Notes: generated by a model from the sequence alone, not told the origin. Positions 1 through 9,155 are shown, counted from the stretch's first letter. The stretch is 32,000 nucleotides of DNA from Acholeplasma laidlawii PG-8A (GCF_000018785.1 NC_010163.1:930001-962000), one strand, 5' to 3'. Numbers and translations are program-made.

Positions 1-117
1 TACTTGAATCATATCTGGTTCATGTTTAAAATAAGGTAAATCTTTACTATCAGGCTTAAACACCATCCACATGAATATAAGTAAAAAGGCTATTGCCCAT
101 ATGACATTTTTCTTCAT
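1..117 (-). CDS. Partial CDS (first 39 codons; continues past the left edge): protein of unknown function with a hydrophobic N-terminus
   Basis: ATG at 117-115 (complement), 7 nt downstream of GGAGG (complement of 125-129). Frame stays open to position 1: MKKNVIWAIAFLLIFMWMVFKPDSKDLPYFKHEPDMIQV. The N-terminus looks like a signal peptide or TM helix. Confidence 0.5.
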   Translation of the reverse strand, partial: MKKNVIWAIAFLLIFMWMVFKPDSKDLPYFKHEPDMIQV

Positions 118-161
118 AAAAAAACCTCCTTCAACTATATAGTATAGCTAATGGAGGTTTT
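118..161 (-). terminator. Hairpin plus U-tract downstream of rsfS; its 3' arm contains the SD of the next gene
   Basis: Minus-strand AAAACCTCC (161-153) pairs with GGAGGTTTT (129-121). The loop holds an inner CTATA/TATAG helix. TTTTTT follows and runs straight into the ATG at 117. Confidence 0.5.
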
Positions 162-180
162 TGACTTTTATTTATATAGA

Positions 181-495
181 TTATATTTTCTTTTTTAATT
201 CCATGAAGCGTTTGTCAAATCCGTAAAATTCTCTATCTTTTTCACCAAACAAGTGAACTACGATATCTCCAAGGTCAATTAATAACCAACCTGTTTGTCC
301 TTTACCTTCTACTTGTTTAATACTTGATTTTAAAGTTTCGTTAAAATAACCGACTGCACTTTGGGATGCACGTTCATTGACTGTAGCGACTACAAAATAG
401 TCATAAAATGGACTCTTTTCTAAGAATTCATATACTGTAATGTCTTGTGCGTTAATTTTTTCTAATATTTCTATGGTTTGTTGTAATAGTTGCAA
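181..495 (-). CDS. rsfS: Ribosomal silencing factor RsfS (YbeB/YqeL family)
   Basis: 104-aa ORF with RsfS-like core (DYFVVATVNERASQSAVGYF, GWLLIDLGDIVVHLF). TTG start is preceded by AGGAG (complement of 504-508). It follows yqeK as in Bacillus. Confidence 0.9.
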   Translation of the reverse strand: MQLLQQTIEILEKINAQDITVYEFLEKSPFYDYFVVATVNERASQSAVGYFNETLKSSIKQVEGKGQTGWLLIDLGDIVVHLFGEKDREFYGFDKRFMELKKKI

Positions 496-498
496 AAT

Positions 499-1050
499 CT
501 ATTCTCCTATACTTTTTATTATTTCTAATATGTCTTTTTTATTTGTAACGTATCCTAATTCAGGATTTGTTACTAAATCATTTAAATATACTTTAATGGT
601 TTCATCTAAACTTTCAAGTGATAACTTCCTTAAAACGTGAACCAGTGGATAATCTCTTGTTGGTTCAATTTTATCAGCAATCAGTATAATTTTATCCAAT
701 ATTGTCATACCTACTCTACCATATACATGATATTTTATGGCATTTAAGATCATTTCATCTTGTACGTTGTAGGTATTTTTTAAAATTGCTGCTGCACTTA
801 GTGCATGATACATCACAGGTACATCTTTATAAGTTTTAATTTCATTTATGTCTAATACAGATGTTTGAGTACTTATGTCATCATACTTCGTGTAATCATG
901 AAAGATTGCTGCGATATAGGCTTGATTAGAATCAACCCCATACCTTAACGAAAGACTTACAGCAGTTTTTACAACACCTAGGATATGTTCATATCGTTTG
1001 GGATTGTCTTTATACTTTAGCCTGACATCTTCTGTTATTTTATCGATCAT
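499..1050 (-). CDS. yqeK: HD-domain protein YqeK (bis(5'-nucleosyl)-tetraphosphatase family)
   Basis: 183 aa with HD motifs (HILGV, FHDYTK). Its ATG overlaps the TGA of yqeH (ATGA). Position between yqeH and rsfS is conserved. Confidence 0.85.
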   Translation of the reverse strand: MIDKITEDVRLKYKDNPKRYEHILGVVKTAVSLSLRYGVDSNQAYIAAIFHDYTKYDDISTQTSVLDINEIKTYKDVPVMYHALSAAAILKNTYNVQDEMILNAIKYHVYGRVGMTILDKIILIADKIEPTRDYPLVHVLRKLSLESLDETIKVYLNDLVTNPELGYVTNKKDILEIIKSIGE

Positions 1051-2075
1051 TTGAAGAAACTTTCTGCAAGTGTAATATGTAATTTTGGATGTGTTGATAT
1101 TTGGATAGTAACAGGTCCTAGGATATGAACAATTCCAAAATCTGCAAGTGTGAATTGATATTTTTTGTCTTCAACTAGTTTGTAATCTTTTGTCACATAA
1201 TTATCAAATTTAAGTTTAAAGATATTTTCAGTTTTTAAAATATTTTCTACATTATCTGAACTTGTTATATGGTGTTTCACATAATCAGATACATATAAGG
1301 TAGATTTTGTTTCACCTTTAAGAACACTAATATTTACTAAACCACCAATCATGAGTGATTGTCCGCTTTTAAGCGTACCATTTCTCGGATTAAACTGCTT
1401 TTGTGGAAGTAAATCTTTATAATCTTTATATTCAAAGAATTCATGTAGGTATCCACCTTGGTATAAACCAGGTGTATCATAGATATTTAAATTATCAAAT
1501 TTAGCATGTAACATGGTTTGAGTTAAAGCAGCCTTTGGTAAACTTAGTGCTTCTTTATTACCCGTTAATGCCTTAAATATAGTTGTTTTACCACTGTTTT
1601 GTAGGCCAATTAAATAGATATTCGGTACGTTAAATGATTTAAGGTATCCTTTTAAATGATCGATATCATATGGGTTTAGCGCACTCATTAAAACGATATC
1701 TTCATAACTCACTCTATTTAATCTAAAACTTTTTTGAATTTTTCCTAATAAAAAATTCTTAGAAGTTGCATCGGGTAATAGGTCAATCTGGTTAATTAAG
1801 TAGACAACCTTGTAGTTATCTCCTAGACGTTTAACCTCAGAGTTTAACATACTGTCTAAATAAAGTAGAGATGTGACTACAACAATTAAAGATTTCTTTT
1901 CAAAATTAGGCAAATTATCTGGATGACTATGACCTTCTGCTTTTCCATAATGCATCAGTTGGTAACAACTTTTACAAAAGATGTGGTCATGATTTGGAAT
2001 ATAACCTAATTTTGTTGGATCTTCAGTTTGTAGTACAACTCCACAACCTATACATTTAGTAGTGTTTGATGGCAT
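1047..2075 (-). CDS. yqeH: Ribosome biogenesis GTPase YqeH (circularly permuted GTPase)
   Basis: N-terminal CxxC...CxxC zinc finger (CIGCG...CKSC). Permuted G motifs: NQID precedes GLQNSGKTT and DTPG. Confidence 0.9.
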   Translation of the reverse strand: MPSNTTKCIGCGVVLQTEDPTKLGYIPNHDHIFCKSCYQLMHYGKAEGHSHPDNLPNFEKKSLIVVVTSLLYLDSMLNSEVKRLGDNYKVVYLINQIDLLPDATSKNFLLGKIQKSFRLNRVSYEDIVLMSALNPYDIDHLKGYLKSFNVPNIYLIGLQNSGKTTIFKALTGNKEALSLPKAALTQTMLHAKFDNLNIYDTPGLYQGGYLHEFFEYKDYKDLLPQKQFNPRNGTLKSGQSLMIGGLVNISVLKGETKSTLYVSDYVKHHITSSDNVENILKTENIFKLKFDNYVTKDYKLVEDKKYQFTLADFGIVHILGPVTIQISTHPKLHITLAESFFK

Positions 2076-2604
2076 AAACGTTCAATCCTTTCCCAAATTC
2101 ATCTGGATATTTTCTCTCAATTTTCTTTAGAAAATACTTTTCTAGTTGTCTATTAATTCTTGTGGGTAATCTATCTGTTTTTTTAGCAATCGGATCCACT
2201 AGGATATTATACATACCTAGACGATTAGCACCGTGAATATCCGTTAGGAGTTGATCACCTATCATGGCTGTTTCACTCACTTTTGAACCTAACATTTTTA
2301 AGGCTTTTTTGAAACCCATTTTAAGTGGTTTTTTAGCAAAAGAAACATATTTAAATTGATGTCCTACTGCAAAACTTACGCGTTTATTATGAGAGTTAGA
2401 GATAATTAGTACTTTAAATTCTTTTTCTAAACGTGCTAGGAATTCTATCGATTCGCTTGTTAGTTTGGTTTGATTGTAATCAATAATTGTATTATCTAAG
2501 TCAAAAAACAGAGTCGTTATCCCCTGCTTTTTAAGCATGTCATAATCAATTGTTGCTATAGATTCCTGATATAGGCTAGGAATTAAATTTCTTGCTTTAA
2601 TCAT
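2056..2604 (-). CDS. yqeG: YqeG-family HAD phosphatase
   Basis: HAD motif I FFDLDNT and motif IV GDQLLTDI. 182 aa, immediately upstream of yqeH. Confidence 0.85.
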   Translation of the reverse strand: MIKARNLIPSLYQESIATIDYDMLKKQGITTLFFDLDNTIIDYNQTKLTSESIEFLARLEKEFKVLIISNSHNKRVSFAVGHQFKYVSFAKKPLKMGFKKALKMLGSKVSETAMIGDQLLTDIHGANRLGMYNILVDPIAKKTDRLPTRINRQLEKYFLKKIERKYPDEFGKGLNVYAIKHY

Positions 2605-3080
2605 TAACTAATTGCTTTAATCTCTACGTTTGATTGTTTATTTGTTGCAGATTTGATTTGTACTAAATCTCCAACTTCTTTACCCTTGATAGCACGTCCT
2701 AATGGAGATTCGATAGAAATCTTGAAATTCTTAGGGTCTGCTTCAATGGTTCCAACAACATGGTACTCAACATCTTTGTTCTTTTCTACAAAGTGAAGTA
2801 ATACTTTTTTACCAATATTTACAGTTGTTGAATCATCATTAGTTCTAATTATTTTTACATTTTTTAAGATGCTTTCAATTTCAAGAATTCGTGCTTCAAT
2901 TCTAGCTTGTTCATTACGAGCTGCATCATAGTCAGCATTTTCTGATAAGTCACCTTGTTCACGAGCTTCTTTTAAAGCCTCTAAGTTTTCAACACGTTTA
3001 ACATCTTTTAAATGTGTTAATTCATCTTTTAGTTGATCTAAACCCGATTGGGTAAGTTCATATACTTTTTTACTTGCCAT
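2604..3080 (-). CDS. greA: Transcription elongation factor GreA
   Basis: 158 aa. Coiled-coil N-terminus carries the conserved DLSENADYDAA. C-terminal FKBP-like domain (ISIESPLGRAIKGKEVGD). SD is AAGGAGA. Confidence 0.95.
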   Translation of the reverse strand: MASKKVYELTQSGLDQLKDELTHLKDVKRVENLEALKEAREQGDLSENADYDAARNEQARIEARILEIESILKNVKIIRTNDDSTTVNIGKKVLLHFVEKNKDVEYHVVGTIEADPKNFKISIESPLGRAIKGKEVGDLVQIKSATNKQSNVEIKAIS

Positions 3081-3110
3081 TTAATGTATATCTCCTTAAT
3101 TTCTTGTTAT

Positions 3111-3142
3111 ATTATATCATAAATTGACTATCTAAAATGTAA
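3111..3142 (-). promoter_or_regulatory. Candidate extended -10 promoter for greA-yqeG-yqeH-yqeK-rsfS
   Basis: Minus strand reads TGATATAAT (TATAAT = complement of 3111-3116, TG = 3119-3118). The -35 is weak. It lies about 30 nt upstream of the greA ATG, inside the 3' end of the preceding ORF. Confidence 0.4.
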
Positions 3143-3752
3143 TAACATATTTTCTTAAATCCTTTTGAACAACTTTATGGGTTTCCATTAGTACATCAAG
3201 CAATTTATAAAACGCACTTGAGTGATTAGCTTCTATTAAATGACAGTACTCATGTAAGAGTACATAATATAAATAGATAGGATCTAGTTTCGCTAAAAAT
3301 GCATTAATTGTTATTTCTTTTCTTACAATTTGGCATGAACCAAATTTTGATTTTAATAACTTAACCTTGGTAGATTTAAGTGTTAAATTCAGTTTAGATA
3401 GGTCGTTTATTAGTTGTGATTCAAATATTTCTATTTGACTAACTGTTTTGTCAATCAGTATTTTTTCATAGTTTTTTTGGGTGTTTTCTAACCCATCAAA
3501 GAATTCAGCTTCACTGAGTTTAGTACCCCATAACTGAAACTTTTCAGTTGTCTGGCGTCTTTTCTTCGTTTGAAAACTCACTAATTTATGAAAATGACTG
3601 TCTAATATACTTAGTACTTGTTTTTTATTCATCCTGCGATTGGCTGATATCAAAAAATAATCATCTTTTTTTCTAAAATATACATGCTTAATCGTTTTAA
3701 AAACAATCTTATATTGAATTGTTTGATTATTTTTAGTATATTGTTCAATCAT
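3132..3752 (-). CDS. DUF45/YgjP-like (M48/WLM-type) zinc metallopeptidase-fold protein
   Basis: 206 aa with C-terminal HEYCHL (HExxH), as in the YgjP/DUF45 family. Start overlaps the upstream stop (TAATG). Confidence 0.7.
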   Translation of the reverse strand: MIEQYTKNNQTIQYKIVFKTIKHVYFRKKDDYFLISANRRMNKKQVLSILDSHFHKLVSFQTKKRRQTTEKFQLWGTKLSEAEFFDGLENTQKNYEKILIDKTVSQIEIFESQLINDLSKLNLTLKSTKVKLLKSKFGSCQIVRKEITINAFLAKLDPIYLYYVLLHEYCHLIEANHSSAFYKLLDVLMETHKVVQKDLRKYVITF

Positions 3753-4321
3753 TATTTCAATTTGGACACTGTAAGCCCATCTCCGATATCTAAAAATGTT
3801 GTTTCAAAAGTATCATTTTCTCTTAAAAATGTTTTAAATTTTTCTAACTTTTTAAGTAACCCTTTTGTACTTCGATTTTTAACTGTTTCAATTTTTAAAT
3901 TATGAAAGTTAATATTATCACAGATAATACTACCGCCTGGATTTAATAATGCACTATACTTTTTAAATAGTGTTTCATATTGAGATTTAGCTGCATCTAT
4001 AAAGATGAGATCATATGTTGAATCTAATCCATCAAATGTTAATGCATCTTCTGCATAGAGTGTGACATTGGCATCCAGTAGACTAATCCATTCAAGTGCT
4101 TCTTCATAACGAACTGCATCTCTTTCGATGGTATCTACATGTGTAGTCTCACTTGAGAAAGAAACTGCACTATATCCATAGGCAGTTCCAATTTCTAATA
4201 TAGATGTGATGTTGTTATTTTGAATATAGTTTTTGATAAAGTTTAATGCATCATCTTGAATAATTGGAATATTTTTTGACAGTGCATAGGACTTTAAATC
4301 ACTAATCTTCCAGTTCTTCAT
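3752..4321 (-). CDS. trmR: Class I SAM-dependent O-methyltransferase, YrrM/TrmR-like
   Basis: SAM motif I ILEIGTAYGYSA and FIDAAK motif. Syntenic with Bacillus yrrM, downstream of yrzB and ruvX. Confidence 0.75.
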   Translation of the reverse strand: MKNWKISDLKSYALSKNIPIIQDDALNFIKNYIQNNNITSILEIGTAYGYSAVSFSSETTHVDTIERDAVRYEEALEWISLLDANVTLYAEDALTFDGLDSTYDLIFIDAAKSQYETLFKKYSALLNPGGSIICDNINFHNLKIETVKNRSTKGLLKKLEKFKTFLRENDTFETTFLDIGDGLTVSKLK

Positions 4322-4568
4322 CTTCTAAATCTTTTTCATATTGGTTAAACACGTTTTCAACTAAATCCCATTCAGCTTCGGTTTCAATATCCATTAATTG
4401 ACCAATGCCTTCACCTTGTGTTGGTTCAAAACGAGCAGCTGAAACTTCTTCAGTTTCATCAAACTCAAATACTACGTAGTTTTTACCTTCTTCTTCGAAA
4501 GTAAATAAAATCGTTGCTTTTTCTTCTTTGTCACCAGTAATGATGATTAATTCGTTATCTTTTTTCAT
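4302..4568 (-). CDS. yrzB: DUF1292 (YrzB/UPF0473) small acidic protein
   Basis: 88 aa, very acidic. Family-typical core: ITGDKEEKATILFTFEEEGKNYVVFE. ATGA overlap with the ruvX stop. Confidence 0.75.
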   Translation of the reverse strand: MKKDNELIIITGDKEEKATILFTFEEEGKNYVVFEFDETEEVSAARFEPTQGEGIGQLMDIETEAEWDLVENVFNQYEKDLEDEELED

Positions 4569-4987
4569 AATGTATTCCCCCTGGAATTTAAGTAGTTTTG
4601 TAAGATCACTTGTGCTGCGACCTCGTCTTTTAAGTTACGTTGCTTATCATACTTCTTATTACTATCTGATAAGATTCTTAATGCTGTTTTTGTGGATAGA
4701 CGTTCATCCCATAAGATGACTTGAACGTTACTTTTTGATGCTAATAATGTTTTAAAATCAATCGCCATTTGACCTTTTAAACCAATATCATTGTTCATGT
4801 GTTTAGGTAAACCTAATACAACACAGTCAATTTTATATTGATTAAGAAGTTTAAGAAGTTGTTCGACAGCATCTTCATAATCTTCGCTTTTAAATCGAAT
4901 AGTGGTTAAATTACTTGCGATAATACCTGATTCAGATATCGCTACGCCAAGTGATTTTTCACCTAAGTCGAGTCCGAAATATTTCAA
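4565..4987 (-). CDS. ruvX: Putative pre-16S rRNA nuclease / Holliday junction resolvase-like RuvX (YqgF/YrrK)
   Basis: N-terminal GLDLGEKSLGVA motif, 140 aa. TTG start lies 1 nt after the alaS stop. Syntenic with alaS. Confidence 0.9.
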   Translation of the reverse strand: MKYFGLDLGEKSLGVAISESGIIASNLTTIRFKSEDYEDAVEQLLKLLNQYKIDCVVLGLPKHMNNDIGLKGQMAIDFKTLLASKSNVQVILWDERLSTKTALRILSDSNKKYDKQRNLKDEVAAQVILQNYLNSRGNTL

Positions 4988-4988
4988 A

Positions 4989-7553
4989 TTAATTTTTACC
5001 TTTCAAAAACATTTGTACCTTGTCTAGTGCCTGTGTACCACCTTGAGCAAAATCAGGTTTACCACCACCACGACCATCAAGTACTTTGTTTAACTCATTA
5101 ATGACGTTTCTTGCTTCATTTACTGATGATTTTACTAAGTAACTTGCCTTGTCTTCAGAGATGTTTAATAAGACAACAGTATCTGCCTTTATTTTATCAT
5201 ATAAGACATCAATGAGTGGTTTTAATGATGACTGTGGTAAGTTATCACTATAAATATAGGTAGTTGGTTCAATTGTTTTAGGTATAAATGTATCTGCTTG
5301 TAAAATAATTTGATCAATTAATTTAGCTTCAAGTTGTTTTTCAACAACTTTAGATTCATTTGAAATATATTGATTATAAAGTCTTAGATTGATGATATCT
5401 TGATAAGATCCAGTTAATTCTGGTAATGGTTTTAAATTATGATTTTCATCAAGCGATTTAATTTTTTCAATATGTTGATGAATCATATCAAGTAAATTTT
5501 GAACTATTTTTTTAACTTGTGATAATACTTGACCAGTAATAGCTTCAAATCTATAAGTACCTGAACCAATAGATTCTACAGAAGTAATCATAAAGTTTTT
5601 GATGTCTGATGTGTTTTTAACATGTGTACCACCACAAAACTCCATACTCCAAGATCCTACATCAACTACTCTAACAATATCACCATATTTTTCACCAAAT
5701 TGCATCGCTGCACCTAATTTTTTAGCTTCATCAATTGGTAAGACGTGTGTTACTACATCAATTTGTTCTTTTATTTTTTGTTGAACGATTTTCTCTACTG
5801 TTAAAATTTCTTCATCTTTGATAGTTTCATAATGGTTAATATCAAACGTTAGTTTTAAATCACCATTATAAGAACCTTGTTGTTTCACGTGACTTCCTAA
5901 CGTATCTTTTAAGGCTTGATTAAGTAAGTGTGTCGCTGTATGATTTTTCATTGTGTGATGGCGTTTGTCCTGATTGACAATACATAATACTTCATCACCT
6001 TCAGTAAATGCATCTGTTTCAATTAAGTGTAGATGTTGACCATGTGGTAATTTAATGACATCTCTAACAACTAGACCATTAATTGATCCTGTGTCTGATA
6101 TTTGACCACCACTATTTGCATAAAATGGTGTTTTATCTAATACGATACCTTGATCAAATACTTTGATGACTTTACTTTCTGTTTGAAGGTAGTCATAACC
6201 TACAAATTCACTAGGTACATCAAAGTTTAATAAAGCCTCATCTTGACCCTTCATAGAGTGTGTTACTTTTCTAGCATCTCTACTTCTTGATTTTTGAACT
6301 TCAAGTGCTTCATTAAATCCTTTAATATCTACAGTGATACCATGTTCTTCTGCATATTCAATTGTTAATTCTATTGGGAAGCCATAAGTATCATAAAGTT
6401 TAAATGCATCCTCACCACTTAACTTACCATCTTTAATGGATTGAAGTAAGTGTTTTTCACCATCTAGGATGGTTGAAAAGAATTTTTCTTCTTCTTTTAA
6501 AATAATTTTCTTAACAATGACTGCAGTTTCTATTAAGTTTGTGTAGAAGTTTGACATCATATCAACGACTGTATCTACAAGTAAATGTAAGAATGGTGCA
6601 TCAAAACCAATAGATTTACCATACTTCACCGCACGGCGTAGGATACGACGTAATACATAACCTCTACCTTCGTTTGAAAGGTTCGCACCATCAGAGATTG
6701 CAAATACTAACGTTTTAATGTGGTCAGAGATCACTTTGAATGCCATTTGTCCATCGTATTTTACACCACTTAAAGACTCTACTTTAAGAATCACTGGATA
6801 GTGTAGGTCTGTTTCAAAGTTTGTCTTAGTACCTTGTAGTACACAAGCAAATCTTTCTAAACCAGCACCGGTATCAATATTCTTATTTGGTAGTTCTTTA
6901 TATTCAGATCTCTTGAGTTTAGGATCTGCATTATATTGTGAGAAAACAATATTCCAAATTTCAATAAACCGCTCATTTTCAATATCATCACGAATAAGTT
7001 CAGGACCTCTTAAATCATAAGATGTGCCTCTATCAAAAAAGATTTCAGTATCCGGACCCGATGGACCAGCTCCAATTTCCCAGAAGTTACCTTCAACAGG
7101 GATTAAATGATCTTCTTTGACACCTAACTTTAACCAAGTATTTTTAGCTTCCACATCGGTTGGATAATATGTCATATAAAGTTTATCTAATGGTATATCA
7201 AAGTATTTTGGACTTGTTAAAAGTTCGAATCCAAATTCAATTGCTTCTTTTTTAAAGTAATCACCAATACTAAAATTCCCCATCATCTCAAAAAATGTAT
7301 GGTGTCTTGCAGTTTTTCCAACATTATCAATATCATTTGTTCTAATACTTTTTTGGATGTTTGTAATACGTTTTGATTTCGGTGTTTCTGTACCATCAAA
7401 ATATTTCTTTAATGGAGCTACACCCGCATTAATCCATAAAAGTGTAGGGTCATCTACAGGAATTAATGATGCAGAGGGTTCAATAATATGCCCCTTATCT
7501 TTAAAAAAGTTTAACCAAGTTTGTCTGATTTGTTCACTTGTCATATATTTCAT
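4989..7553 (-). CDS. alaS: Alanine--tRNA ligase
   Basis: 854 aa. Class II core (HHTFFEMMGNFSIGDYFK), editing-domain HTATHLL and CGGTHV, C-terminal DHHA1-like tail. Preceded by an Ala T-box. Confidence 0.98.
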   Translation of the reverse strand: MKYMTSEQIRQTWLNFFKDKGHIIEPSASLIPVDDPTLLWINAGVAPLKKYFDGTETPKSKRITNIQKSIRTNDIDNVGKTARHHTFFEMMGNFSIGDYFKKEAIEFGFELLTSPKYFDIPLDKLYMTYYPTDVEAKNTWLKLGVKEDHLIPVEGNFWEIGAGPSGPDTEIFFDRGTSYDLRGPELIRDDIENERFIEIWNIVFSQYNADPKLKRSEYKELPNKNIDTGAGLERFACVLQGTKTNFETDLHYPVILKVESLSGVKYDGQMAFKVISDHIKTLVFAISDGANLSNEGRGYVLRRILRRAVKYGKSIGFDAPFLHLLVDTVVDMMSNFYTNLIETAVIVKKIILKEEEKFFSTILDGEKHLLQSIKDGKLSGEDAFKLYDTYGFPIELTIEYAEEHGITVDIKGFNEALEVQKSRSRDARKVTHSMKGQDEALLNFDVPSEFVGYDYLQTESKVIKVFDQGIVLDKTPFYANSGGQISDTGSINGLVVRDVIKLPHGQHLHLIETDAFTEGDEVLCIVNQDKRHHTMKNHTATHLLNQALKDTLGSHVKQQGSYNGDLKLTFDINHYETIKDEEILTVEKIVQQKIKEQIDVVTHVLPIDEAKKLGAAMQFGEKYGDIVRVVDVGSWSMEFCGGTHVKNTSDIKNFMITSVESIGSGTYRFEAITGQVLSQVKKIVQNLLDMIHQHIEKIKSLDENHNLKPLPELTGSYQDIINLRLYNQYISNESKVVEKQLEAKLIDQIILQADTFIPKTIEPTTYIYSDNLPQSSLKPLIDVLYDKIKADTVVLLNISEDKASYLVKSSVNEARNVINELNKVLDGRGGGKPDFAQGGTQALDKVQMFLKGKN

Positions 7554-7574
7554 AGTTCTATTTTTCCTTTCAAA

Positions 7575-7788
7575 AAATAATAAAGTCCTTAAAAGATATA
7601 AAATCTTCTAAGGACGAAAAATTCGCGGTACCACCTTAGTTCACATTATCATGTGCACTCATGTTTAAATCCGTTATAGCCGGAAATACTTTTGCTCCTA
7701 AGACAGCTTTCATCAAACCTAATTATCACCTTTCACCATCCAGTGATTCTCTTCTACAATTAGTACTTAATTACTCATCTTAATCATT
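7575..7788 (-). promoter_or_regulatory. T-box leader (alanine, GCU specifier) with intrinsic terminator, controlling alaS
   Basis: Read on the minus strand. K-turn-like AGAUGAGUAA (7780-7771); AG bulge AGAGA (about 7752-7748); distal loop UGGAUGGUGAAAG. Specifier-loop UGAUGAAAGCUG has GCU at 7707-7705; a second GCU lies at 7680-7678. T-box sequence AAGGUGGUACCGCG is the complement of 7624-7637. Terminator GUCCUUAGAAGAU/AUCUUUUAAGGAC (7615-7585) is followed by a U-rich tract. Confidence 0.9.
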
Positions 7789-7796
7789 GCATATTC

Positions 7797-7805
7797 ATTG
7801 TATCA
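7797..7805 (-). promoter_or_regulatory. Candidate extended -10 (TGATACAAT) promoter for the T-box-alaS operon
   Basis: Minus strand reads TGATACAAT, about 10 nt upstream of the first T-box Stem I element. No convincing -35. Confidence 0.35.
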
Positions 7806-7827
7806 AATAATGATTCATTTGACTATA

Positions 7828-9096
7828 CTATAATTCATTATTTTCTGAATCATGTGAAATTTGTTCTTCTTTTTCAATCGTAATTTGAACTAAATCGATA
7901 CGTTTACCGTCCATTTTAACAATTTCAAAGGTATATGGCTTAACTTCATAGGTTTTACCCTCAACAGGTAGTGTGCCTAATTTTTCTACAACCCAACCAT
8001 TGACTGTAAGCACATTTGGTTCTTCTTTAGAACCTATAATTTCTAAGAAATCTTCAATACTACTATTACCTAAAACGAGGTATTGATTATCATTCATCTT
8101 CTTAACTGCTTCAATGATATCATCATGTTCATCCCAAATATCACCAACAAGTTCTTCTAGTATATCTTCTAGTGTTAGAATTCCTGCTGTTCCGCCGTAG
8201 TCATCAATGACTACAGCCATATGAGATTTAGACTGTTGAAGTTCTAATAATAGATCTTTTACTTTTTTAGTTTTGGGTATAAATAAAACATCTTTAATAA
8301 TTTCTTTAATATCAAAACCTTCTGTTAAAACCATAAAGAAATCTTTATAGTTCATAACACCTATGATATGGTCAATATTTTCTTCATATACAGGTATTCT
8401 TGAATATCCTGATTCTTTAAAGACTTTAAAAATATCTTCATGCCTTGCAGCTGTTGAAACAGCTACAACATCAATTCTCGGTGTATAAATATCCACTGCT
8501 TCTAAGTCAGCAAACTCAATTGCACTACGTATTAATGTACCACTTGATTCATCAATAGCGCCTGATTCTTGTACCTCATCAACAATCATGATGAGTTCAT
8601 CTTCACTTAAGTGAGCTTTACTGTTTGGTTTAACAATATAAGATAGTACTTTCTTCCATACCTTGAAGAAAAAATTAACTGGAAGTAATACAAACTCAAG
8701 TGCATTTACAATTGGTGCAGCAAACATTGCAAATTTATTTGGATATTCTTTAGCAATACTCTTTGGAGTAACTTCACCAAATATTAAGATGATTATTGTA
8801 AATACAAGTGTTGATAGTGTTGCACCTAAATCATTACCAAATGACTTAACAAATAATAGGGTTGCAAGTGATGCCCCTAAAATATTGGCAATATTATTAC
8901 CAATCAAAATCGTTGATAAAAATACATCATAATTACTGTTTAGTTTGATTACTAGTTTTGCTCTTTTATTTCCATTTTCCGCTAAATTCTTCATACGAAG
9001 GTGATGATAGGTAGCAAAAGCTACTTCAGTTGCTGAGAAAAATGCAGATATAATGATTGTTACTATGATTAATATGTACATCGTGCCATCATTCAT
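7828..9096 (-). CDS. CNNM/CorC-family (hemolysin-family) membrane protein: DUF21 TM domain + CBS pair + CorC_HlyC domain; likely Mg2+/divalent cation transport
   Basis: 422 aa. N-terminal four-helix hydrophobic domain, CBS-like middle (IPVYEENIDHIIGV, MAVVIDDYGGTAGILTLEDILEELVG) and a C-terminal beta-rich transporter-associated domain. Confidence 0.85.
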   Translation of the reverse strand: MNDGTMYILIIVTIIISAFFSATEVAFATYHHLRMKNLAENGNKRAKLVIKLNSNYDVFLSTILIGNNIANILGASLATLLFVKSFGNDLGATLSTLVFTIIILIFGEVTPKSIAKEYPNKFAMFAAPIVNALEFVLLPVNFFFKVWKKVLSYIVKPNSKAHLSEDELIMIVDEVQESGAIDESSGTLIRSAIEFADLEAVDIYTPRIDVVAVSTAARHEDIFKVFKESGYSRIPVYEENIDHIIGVMNYKDFFMVLTEGFDIKEIIKDVLFIPKTKKVKDLLLELQQSKSHMAVVIDDYGGTAGILTLEDILEELVGDIWDEHDDIIEAVKKMNDNQYLVLGNSSIEDFLEIIGSKEEPNVLTVNGWVVEKLGTLPVEGKTYEVKPYTFEIVKMDGKRIDLVQITIEKEEQISHDSENNEL

Positions 9097-9126
9097 TTTT
9101 TATAAATACGCTCCTATTAAGTACTA

Positions 9127-9155
9127 ATTTTATATGTTTAAACATGGATTTGTAA
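9127..9155 (-). promoter_or_regulatory. Candidate promoter for the CNNM gene (TTACAA-17-TAAAAT), overlapping a 9-bp hairpin
   Basis: Minus strand: TTACAA (9155-9150), 17-nt spacer, TAAAAT (9132-9127). The -35 sits in the loop of the AACATGGAT/ATCCATGTT hairpin (9141-9165), which overlaps the stop of the HD gene. Confidence 0.35.

Noticed and set aside
1047-4568. Possibility that the whole genome uses genetic code 4 (TGA=Trp), which would explain the in-frame TGA at 20994-20996
   Set aside because: yqeH (stop 1049-1047) and ruvX (stop 4567-4565) end at TGA codons at family-appropriate lengths, with ATGA overlaps to the next gene. Conserved Trp positions are encoded by TGG. TGA is therefore a genuine stop here.
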